From the NCBI GenBank assembly GCA_964651965.1, contig CAZYZS010000002.1, positions 17,164 through 81,163 of the forward strand: a DNA stretch of 64,000 nucleotides. Reading direction: 5' to 3'. Positions 56,920 to 64,000 of this stretch are shown one piece after another (within the stretch, counting starts at the first letter, position 1; the number at the start of each line of letters is the position of its first letter). This DNA comes from Candidatus Woesearchaeota archaeon. Its GTDB lineage: Archaea > Nanobdellota > Nanobdellia > Pacearchaeales > GW2011-AR1. The notes below the pieces were generated by a model. It was not told where the DNA came from and searched no databases. It was given only the letters and a program-made list of their open reading frames with translations. The position numbers and the translations under genes were made by a program.

Positions 56920-58080
56920 TTGTTTTTTATGAAAATCGTGCATATAAACATGTTTTATTATCCAACCATTGGGGGGGTGGAGCAAGTAATGAAGGAACTC
57001 GCCGAAAGGCAGGTTAGGGCTGGGCATGAGGTGCATGTTTTTTGCTGCGATTCAGATAAAAATTCTAGAATAGAAAAAAAAGAAGAAACTATCAATGGAG
57101 TTCATGTTCACAGGCTGCCATACTGGTTTCGTTTGTCTTTAAACACTTTTGTCTGGCCTTCTTTATTATGGAGATTCGAAGGAAAATTTGACGTAATACA
57201 CAGCCATGTTTCAGGTCACGATTATGTATTATTTGCAGGACATCTTGCCAAAAAAACAGGAGCAAAACATATTCACACAACTCACTGCCCCTGGACAGAT
57301 GCCTCTTTTCGTCCCCTAATCCTAAGGCCTTTTATGTTTCTAAACAACCTGTTTGTTAACAAGATGATTTTTAAAGGAGTAGACAGGGTTGTGGCAATTA
57401 CCCCTTGGGAAGTTTCAATTTTAGAAGAGTTCATAAAAGAACGAGAAAAAATAACTGTTATTCCAAATGGGGCAGATGAAATTTTATACGAGAAAGTGAA
57501 GAAAAATAGCTTTAAGAAAAAATATAAAATTAAGGAAAAGAAAATTGTTTTGTTTTTTGGAAGGTTGAATCCAACTAAAGGACCTGAAAAACTTGCACTG
57601 GCTGCACTTGAGATAAGCAAGAAAAGAAAAGATATTGCTTTTGTATGGGTGGGGCCAGATGAGGGGAAGCTAGAAGAAGTTCAACAGCTGATTAAAGGGC
57701 ACAGAAATATGTATTATATAGAACCAATCAGAGATAAGAAAAAGATAGCTGAAATGTATCAGGCGTCTGATGTTTATGTTCTTCCAAGCTATCGCGAGGG
57801 CCTTCCGCTAACATTATTTGAGGCAATGGCGTCTCATCTTCCGATCGTAGCAAGTCCGGTCAATGGAGTTCCATACGAGATGAAATCTCCAAACAATGGA
57901 TTTTTTGCAGATTATGGAGACATAGAAAAACTAAAAGAAAACATTTTAAAGCTAGTAGACAATAAGAAATTAGCCAAACAAATTGGAGAAACCAATTATA
58001 AAAAATCCCAAAACTATCGATGGGATAATATAGCTAAAAAATACGAAAATGAATATAAAAAATTATTAGGAAAAAAATGA
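56920..58080 (+). CDS. glycosyltransferase family 4
   Basis: YYPTIGGVEQ at the N-terminus and EGLPLTLFEAMASHLPIVAS. Confidence 0.75.
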   Translation: MFFMKIVHINMFYYPTIGGVEQVMKELAERQVRAGHEVHVFCCDSDKNSRIEKKEETINGVHVHRLPYWFRLSLNTFVWPSLLWRFEGKFDVIHSHVSGHDYVLFAGHLAKKTGAKHIHTTHCPWTDASFRPLILRPFMFLNNLFVNKMIFKGVDRVVAITPWEVSILEEFIKEREKITVIPNGADEILYEKVKKNSFKKKYKIKEKKIVLFFGRLNPTKGPEKLALAALEISKKRKDIAFVWVGPDEGKLEEVQQLIKGHRNMYYIEPIRDKKKIAEMYQASDVYVLPSYREGLPLTLFEAMASHLPIVASPVNGVPYEMKSPNNGFFADYGDIEKLKENILKLVDNKKLAKQIGETNYKKSQNYRWDNIAKKYENEYKKLLGKK

Positions 58081-59606
58081 AAATAACTTTAATTTCTACC
58101 TCTACCTTTCCTTCTGATCAAGGAATAAGGACAATTTCAGCTGTTTTAAAAAAAGCAGGGCATAAAGTTAATCTGGTTTTTATGGCCTTGAGTGAAGATT
58201 ACTCCAAAAACTACACAGAATACGAGTTGCAGCAACTTGAGAAAATAGCAGAAGGAAGCAGGCTTATCGGCATAGCTTCTTATGCTTCAACTGCAAAAAG
58301 GGCAGAAAGAATAATAACCTATCTCAAAAGATTAAATGTTCCTATTGTTTATGGAGGGGTACATCCAACAATCTCGCCAGAACAAGCAATAACTATTTCA
58401 GATATAGCTTGTGTCGGAGAGGGAGAAGAAGCAATTATAGAACTGGCTTTTTCAATAGAAAAAAACAAGCCCTTCGATAAAATAAAAAACCTCTGGATCA
58501 AAAAAGGGGATAAAATTATAAAAAATCCTATAAGGAATTTAATAGAGAACGTTGATTCTTTACCTTTTCCTGATTTTGATATTGAAGACCATTACATTCT
58601 TGAAAAAGGGAATCTAAGAAAGTTCAGAGAAGAAGATTTGGGCGGAGGGATTTTCTTTCTTACAGGAAGGGGCTGCCCTTACGGATGCGATTATTGCTCC
58701 AATTCTTTTTTTAATCAGCTTTATAAAGGAAAGTGCAAAAAAATCTTAAGGCTTCATTCTCCAGAATACATCATAAAGGGAATCTTATATATGAAGAATA
58801 AATTTCCTAGCTTAAGTTATTTTGATATCAGAGACGATACTTTTTCAATGAGGCCGTTAGAGGAGATTAAGAAATTCTGTGAAATGTACAAAAAACAGGT
58901 CCATCTCCGATTTAAGTGTTTGGGAGACCCTAAAACAATAACAGATGAAAAAATTAAGCTGCTTGTTGATGCTGGGTGCACAGACATTATTATTGGGATA
59001 CAGGGAAGCGAATCTACTAACCATTTAATTTATCATAGGAATCAGACAGACGAGGGAGTTTTAAACGCTGCCAAAATTCTAAATAAATACAGGCAATTAG
59101 CAGTAATGTACGATGTTATAACTTCTAATCCTTATGAAACTCCAGAACAGATAATAAGCCTTATCCGTTTGCTACAGAAGATTCCAAGGCCCTATTATCT
59201 TTCTGTAAATAATCTTGTCTTCTTTCCAGGAACTCAATTATACAGGAGAGCAATGCAGGACGGAACAATCAAGACAGAAAAAGATACTGCCCAATATCTA
59301 AATTATTGGGACAGAAGCAAGCACATCCTTCTCAAAGGAAAAAACATCTATCTCAATCTTATCCTCAATATTATGAGAGGCCCAGCAACCGATAAAAGAT
59401 TTGGATTAATGCCAAGTTTCTTACTAAACTGGCTTTTAGAAGAAGAAAGAGTTAAAAGAAATCTGAAAAACCAGTTTCCCGCTATAACAGCAACGCGCCT
59501 CCTTTATATTTTTGACTTAATAAGAGAAAGAATTTTAAAACCTGCTTTTAGAAGCATGCCTCTTTCCTTTAAAGTCTGGTATGATAAAGTTAGGTATCAT
59601 GTGTAA
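58077..59606 (+). CDS. B12-binding radical SAM protein (class B)
   Basis: N-terminal B12-binding Rossmann-like domain, then GRGCPYGCDYCS (Cx3Cx2C-like). Confidence 0.75.
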   Translation: MKITLISTSTFPSDQGIRTISAVLKKAGHKVNLVFMALSEDYSKNYTEYELQQLEKIAEGSRLIGIASYASTAKRAERIITYLKRLNVPIVYGGVHPTISPEQAITISDIACVGEGEEAIIELAFSIEKNKPFDKIKNLWIKKGDKIIKNPIRNLIENVDSLPFPDFDIEDHYILEKGNLRKFREEDLGGGIFFLTGRGCPYGCDYCSNSFFNQLYKGKCKKILRLHSPEYIIKGILYMKNKFPSLSYFDIRDDTFSMRPLEEIKKFCEMYKKQVHLRFKCLGDPKTITDEKIKLLVDAGCTDIIIGIQGSESTNHLIYHRNQTDEGVLNAAKILNKYRQLAVMYDVITSNPYETPEQIISLIRLLQKIPRPYYLSVNNLVFFPGTQLYRRAMQDGTIKTEKDTAQYLNYWDRSKHILLKGKNIYLNLILNIMRGPATDKRFGLMPSFLLNWLLEEERVKRNLKNQFPAITATRLLYIFDLIRERILKPAFRSMPLSFKVWYDKVRYHV

Positions 59607-59642
59607 CTAGTTTTATAAATTTCAATATCCTTTAATAATAGA

Positions 59643-60404
59643 ATGGTAAAGTCTTATGAAAAGTTTAATAAACGGCTAGGAGAAGAATATTGGGGGAAGT
59701 TTGTAAAAAGAGATATCCAACTTTATGATTGTATTAAAAAAATATTAAGTAAGTACTTATCCGGCAAAAACAATGTTAAGGGACTGGATATCGGCGCAGG
59801 TCCAGGAATTGGAGCATGGATCCTCGGTCAATTAGGGATTTCTGGAGAATTATACAGTGTAGAGCCTTCTGATAATTATAAGGAAGGAGAAAAACTGGCC
59901 GAGAAATTAAAGCTGTCAGGAAGCAAAACCCTTTACTATCCCAAAAAAGGGGAGATGTCCGATGCAATTGCTTTATTTGATTTAAAAGAAGAAAGCTTAG
60001 ATTATATATTATTTTTGAGATCAGTTCATGAAATTATGCTTTCATATAAGGATTACAAAGATTTCGTTAAAGACTTTAAAATAATTTGTAGTTTAATTAA
60101 GAAAGAGGGTTTTATAGTTATAGCAGACCCCCAATATTCAGAATTTATCTATTCTGCCCCCCATAAATATGCTAAAATTATACAAGCAATAAGAAAATAT
60201 AAAGAAGAAACATTAGGGCACTCTCATGCCCTAGGAGATTATCTTACTCTTAAAAAGCTGAAAAAAATAATGCCCGAAGATTTTATACTCTCTGAAAAAG
60301 TAGAGATAGAGAATAACAAAGATTTCGAATTTATAAAAAGCAAGGGTTTTAATCTAAAAGAGAGCCCAACTGAATTCTATGTTGTTTGTTATAAGAGAAG
60401 ATGA
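59643..60404 (+). CDS. SAM-dependent methyltransferase
   Basis: GLDIGAGPGIGAW. Confidence 0.6.
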   Translation: MVKSYEKFNKRLGEEYWGKFVKRDIQLYDCIKKILSKYLSGKNNVKGLDIGAGPGIGAWILGQLGISGELYSVEPSDNYKEGEKLAEKLKLSGSKTLYYPKKGEMSDAIALFDLKEESLDYILFLRSVHEIMLSYKDYKDFVKDFKIICSLIKKEGFIVIADPQYSEFIYSAPHKYAKIIQAIRKYKEETLGHSHALGDYLTLKKLKKIMPEDFILSEKVEIENNKDFEFIKSKGFNLKESPTEFYVVCYKRR

Positions 60405-60455
60405 TTCTTCAAAAACTTCCCACAAATTTATAAATTTCAATATCCTTTTATTTTC

Positions 60456-60923
60456 ATGAAATGGAAACTTCCTCCAAAAATAAAGATTTATGAGGCTCTT
60501 GGCTGTATTGGGGATAAAAGAATAGAAATTTCAGGAAATGAAGCGAAAGTTTTCTCCTCTTCAAAAGGAAAATTTTATTCTGTAAGGTATAATGAAAGCA
60601 TGAATGCGATTATGTGCAATGATAATGGCTCTTTCTGGCAAGGCTATTTGGGGTATCCTTCAATTGCTTTCTTGATGTTAAAAGGCAGAATAAAGTTCAA
60701 TCAGGAATCTGCAGAGGCATTTAAAGACATAAAATGGAAGGATTTAAACACCAAGTTCAAGAGGGATTATTGGAAAACAGAAGAGTTTGCCCTGGAAAAA
60801 GCCAAGGAAAAAGGTGCTGATATAAGTAAATTATTAGAAGATATAAACAACATTTTTGAACAAATTAAAAAATTAGATATGAATTTATTTGGAGAAAAAA
60901 CCAAGCCGCCAGAAGAATATTAA
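60456..60923 (+). CDS. hypothetical protein
   Basis: 155-aa ORF, not recognised. Confidence 0.35.
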   Translation: MKWKLPPKIKIYEALGCIGDKRIEISGNEAKVFSSSKGKFYSVRYNESMNAIMCNDNGSFWQGYLGYPSIAFLMLKGRIKFNQESAEAFKDIKWKDLNTKFKRDYWKTEEFALEKAKEKGADISKLLEDINNIFEQIKKLDMNLFGEKTKPPEEY

Positions 60924-61645
60924 GCTTTTCTATAATCTTTCATTTTTTCTTTGTATTTTGTTTTGTCTTTTATGTTTGCCCAATAAAATGCCTCTTGCCG
61001 CAGGCGGCATGCAAGGCAAGTTCCGCAATGCTCTCTTTTGTTCTTTGTTCCAATATAACAACTATAAGTATCTTCCATTTTAACTCCTAATTTTTTTCCC
61101 AATACAGCAATATCCTCTTTATCTTTTTTTATCAATGGAGCAATGATTTTTCCTTTAATTCCCGTGGCTGTTTTTTTAAGTTTGTTTATCTCTTTTACAA
61201 ACTCAAGTGTTGTGTCTGGATATGCTTCTCTTCCCTCGCATTTAAATCCAGTAAAAATATCAAAGATTTCTTTGTTTTTTATCTGTAAGGACTCTGCTAA
61301 AGCCAAGGCATAGGTTAAAAAAACAATGTTTCTGCACGGAACATAATACTTTAGAGACTCTTTTTCTGTATCTTTCAGCTCTTTTCTTTTTATTTTTCTC
61401 ACTTTCTCACTTTTATTTATTAAAGAAGTTGAAATTTTTGCAATTTCATTTAGTTTTATTTCTTTAAACTCTGCTCCGAGCTTTTTTGCTATATTTTTGC
61501 TTGCTTTTCTTTCTTGTTTTAGTGTTCTCTGCTTATAATCAAAGAACAAAATAATCATTTTTTTGTACTTCAGCTTTTTTTTAACATAGTAAGCAGTTGC
61601 ACTGCTATCCAATCCCCCAGAGCACAAAACAATTGCATTTTTCAT
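60920..61645 (-). CDS. queC: 7-cyano-7-deazaguanine synthase QueC-family PP-loop ATPase
   Basis: AIVLCSGGLDSS PP-loop, VPCRN, and a C-terminal CYIGTKNKREHCGTCLACRLR zinc motif. Confidence 0.75.
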   Translation of the reverse strand: MKNAIVLCSGGLDSSATAYYVKKKLKYKKMIILFFDYKQRTLKQERKASKNIAKKLGAEFKEIKLNEIAKISTSLINKSEKVRKIKRKELKDTEKESLKYYVPCRNIVFLTYALALAESLQIKNKEIFDIFTGFKCEGREAYPDTTLEFVKEINKLKKTATGIKGKIIAPLIKKDKEDIAVLGKKLGVKMEDTYSCYIGTKNKREHCGTCLACRLRQEAFYWANIKDKTKYKEKMKDYRKA

Positions 61646-61695
61646 AGGTATTTTAATTCAATAATGTTTTTAAACCCCTCCTTGCTCTCTCATCT

Positions 61696-61890
61696 ATGAA
61701 AAAACAAGCAAAAGACCTAACCAAGGGTGAAAAAATTATACTGGCAGGTCAAACGTGTGTAGTCCAGGATATTGAGATTTCTGAGATAGGAAAACAAGGA
61801 AAAAGAAAAGTAAGAATAGAAGCTTTAACAGAAAAGGGAGAGAAGATTGTTATAATAAGGCCGGAAGATTTTCCTTTTGACATTCCATGA
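61696..61890 (+). CDS. small protein resembling the aIF5A N-terminal SH3-like barrel, lacking the hypusination motif
   Basis: LTKGEKIILAGQTCVVQDIEISEIGKQGKRKVRIEA versus the aIF5A pattern ...G.PC.IVD...SKPGKHGHAKARV. Confidence 0.3.
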   Translation: MKKQAKDLTKGEKIILAGQTCVVQDIEISEIGKQGKRKVRIEALTEKGEKIVIIRPEDFPFDIP

Positions 61891-62803
61891 TTCTTTTAAA
61901 ATGATAGACATAATTATAACTTCGTATAACGAGCCAAAGTCAACTTTAAGAGCAGTAAACACGTTTCTTAAGCAAGAAATTCCAGGAGAGTTTAGAATAG
62001 TCGTATGTGACCCATTTCCAGAAGTTAAAACTTTTCTTAAAGAAAACATCAAAGATAAAAGAGTAGGTTTTTTCCTTGACCCTGGAGAAGGAAAGAGTTA
62101 TGCGTTAAATTTGCTTTTCGAAAAGCTTGCTGGAACAACAAATGATTTTTTCATTTTAACTGACGGAGATGTTTATGTTTCTGATAACACAGTTAAAGAA
62201 ATTCTAAAGGTTTTTGAGGATAAGGAAATAGGGTGTGTTACAGGCCATCCAGCCACAATTGATTCTAGAGAAAATAAATTTGGATATTGGAGTCATTTGT
62301 TATTCTCAGGAGTGCACAGAGCAAGGAAAAAGTATGCAGAAAAAAAAGAATTTTTTGAATGTTCTGGATATTTATTTGCAGTGAGAAAAGGAGTAATTAC
62401 TAGTTTCCCCACAGATGCTTCAGAAGACTCTGTAATCCCTTACTTGTTCTGGCAAAAAGGCTATAAAATAGGTTATGCAGAAAATGCAGAAGTTTACGTT
62501 AAAAATCCAGATAATCTAGAGGACTGGAAAAAACAAAAAATAAGGAATATAAAAGGCCATGAGAATCTTTCCAAATTGTATCCAGATATGCCAAGAACAA
62601 AATCTTTTTGGAACGAAGTAAAACATGGAGCATTTTTTGCTTTATTCTACCCAAGAAAACCAAAAGAGTTTGTCTGGACGATGCAGCTATACAAGGCAAG
62701 ATTAGATATTTACAAAGAAGCTTTTAAAGAGCTAAACCAAAAAGAAGTTTATTCAGATGGCTGGAGAGAAACAGAAATAAATTCAACAAAGCCATTAGAC
62801 TAG
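61877..62803 (+). CDS. glycosyltransferase family 2
   Basis: IIITSYNEPKST...LTDGDVYVSDN. Confidence 0.7.
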   Translation: MTFHDSFKMIDIIITSYNEPKSTLRAVNTFLKQEIPGEFRIVVCDPFPEVKTFLKENIKDKRVGFFLDPGEGKSYALNLLFEKLAGTTNDFFILTDGDVYVSDNTVKEILKVFEDKEIGCVTGHPATIDSRENKFGYWSHLLFSGVHRARKKYAEKKEFFECSGYLFAVRKGVITSFPTDASEDSVIPYLFWQKGYKIGYAENAEVYVKNPDNLEDWKKQKIRNIKGHENLSKLYPDMPRTKSFWNEVKHGAFFALFYPRKPKEFVWTMQLYKARLDIYKEAFKELNQKEVYSDGWRETEINSTKPLD

Positions 62804-63286
62804 TTTTTTTAATTCTTTTTCCAGCTCTTCCAAGCTTGTTACAATTTTTGTTGGACAGATAATTATGGCGCTTAAATACTCTAAGGCATCTTTTACTGGC
62901 TCATCTGTTTTTATGCCTATGGCAGGAATCCCTTTTGCATAAGCATATCCGAGCTCCCAGGCAGTTCCTGCTCCAACATGCAAACCATTTAAGTCAGCAA
63001 TAATCAAGTTACAATCTTTAAATCCCTTAGTAATGTCTCCTTCAAATACTCTTTTAACGTCTTTCATTCCTTTGCACGGCCCAACATCTCTATGGGGAAG
63101 AAAAGTTTCTATACCTAATTTTTCACAAATCTTGTCTATTTTCTCCAAAAACTCCACTTCCGATGCAGTGCATAACTTGCCGGCAATATAGGCTTTCATT
63201 TTATTAGTATATCCTTGTTTAATAAAGCTTAAATAATGTTTATTATAAACTTTACTAAAGATAACTATGGAAATTTTAATAATCAA
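62795..63286 (-). CDS. nucleoside 2-deoxyribosyltransferase-like protein
   Basis: AYIAG......DLNG...DVGTAWELGYAYAKGIPAIGI, a family-typical pattern. Confidence 0.5.
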   Translation of the reverse strand: MIIKISIVIFSKVYNKHYLSFIKQGYTNKMKAYIAGKLCTASEVEFLEKIDKICEKLGIETFLPHRDVGPCKGMKDVKRVFEGDITKGFKDCNLIIADLNGLHVGAGTAWELGYAYAKGIPAIGIKTDEPVKDALEYLSAIIICPTKIVTSLEELEKELKKLV

Positions 63287-64000
63287 GTTAGGGGCAAAAG
63301 GCGATATTGTTAGGACTCTTCCTATAGCTTTAGCTTTAAAGAAAAAATATCCCGATGCAAAAATTTCCTGGTTGACAAAGAGTTCTAATAGGGAGTTTGT
63401 TGAAAACAGCCCTTGTGTAGATTCTGTTTTTGTTTTGCCTTATAATGATAATAAAAAATTTGATGTCCTTTATAATTTTGATATTGACGAAGAAGCTACT
63501 TTATTGGCAAATAAAATTCAAGCAGGAAAAAAATACGGCTTCTATTTCGAGGGGGGATTTGCTGCTGCATTTAATTTAGGAGCAGAGTATTATCTTAACA
63601 CTTTATTTGATGACGAAACTAAAAAAACCAACAAAAAAACTTATCAGGAAATGATGTTTATGGCTGCTGAACTGCCTTACAATAAAGAATTTCATCCAAT
63701 TATCTTAAAAGAAAAAGATAAAAAATATGCTTCTGAGTTTATAAAGAGGAATAGTCTAAAGACCGAGAAACTTGTTGGTATTCATATAGGTTCTTCTCCA
63801 AGATGGCCTTCAAAATTCTGGCCAGTAGAGAAAATTAAAGAATTTGTTTTAAAATCAAAGGAAAATGGATATGAAATCCTGCTTTTTGCAGGTCCTGATG
63901 ATATAGATAAACAGAAGAAAATTGTTTATGATTTAGAGAACCAATTTAAAGTTTATTCCAATGATCCGAAAAATACAGATATGGAATTCGCTTCTTTAGT
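63267..64000 (+). CDS. glycosyltransferase family 9 (heptosyltransferase-like), 3'-truncated by the window end
   Basis: ILIIKLGAKGDIVRTLPIALALKKKYPDAKISWLT, the classic GT9 N-terminus. Confidence 0.65.
   Translation, partial: MEILIIKLGAKGDIVRTLPIALALKKKYPDAKISWLTKSSNREFVENSPCVDSVFVLPYNDNKKFDVLYNFDIDEEATLLANKIQAGKKYGFYFEGGFAAAFNLGAEYYLNTLFDDETKKTNKKTYQEMMFMAAELPYNKEFHPIILKEKDKKYASEFIKRNSLKTEKLVGIHIGSSPRWPSKFWPVEKIKEFVLKSKENGYEILLFAGPDDIDKQKKIVYDLENQFKVYSNDPKNTDMEFASL

Noticed and set aside
60889-61083. 64-aa plus-strand ORF
   Set aside because: It overlaps the QueC gene on the opposite strand.
1-64000. CRISPR array or cas genes
   Set aside because: No regularly spaced identical direct repeats of 25-40 nt were seen. 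The repeats present (palindromes, cassette modules) are irregular, and no Cas-like proteins were recognised.

Overview
This window is an AT-rich (about 30-33% GC) archaeal chromosomal segment. Archaeal identity rests on ribosomal proteins L18e, L21e, S4, S9, S11, S13, L13, RNA polymerase subunits Rpo3/D, RpoN and a putative Rpo4/F, RNase P Rpp21, a 5S rRNA, Orc1/Cdc6 and intron-containing tRNAs. The gene content is compatible with a small-genome, DPANN-like archaeon. From left to right: a 5'-truncated orc1/cdc6 gene with a candidate origin beside it; a GC-richer islet at a tRNA-Ser that carries a bacterial-type CsrA homolog; housekeeping genes (PRPP synthetase, Lhr helicase); a roughly 8-9 kb putative integrated element (NUMOD3/PD-(D/E)XK nuclease, wHTH proteins, serine recombinase, RNase HI, orphan small genes with repeated intergenic modules and palindromes); core genes (Asp racemase, TspO, an XPD-like helicase, XerA-like recombinase); a minus-strand ribosomal/RNA polymerase cluster; a stand-alone 5S rRNA; a tRNA-bounded islet with a nucleotidyltransferase plus a two-TM protein and a LAGLIDADG homing endonuclease; SecF/SecD; and a surface-glycan biosynthesis locus of more than 22 kb with at least three GT9 (heptosyltransferase-like) genes, GT2/GT4 genes, several SAM methyltransferases, two radical SAM enzymes, a carbamoyltransferase, a DegT aminotransferase, a GNAT, DUF362 and a QueC homolog. 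No CRISPR array was seen. All calls come from reading the six-frame translations and the DNA by eye; no searches were run.
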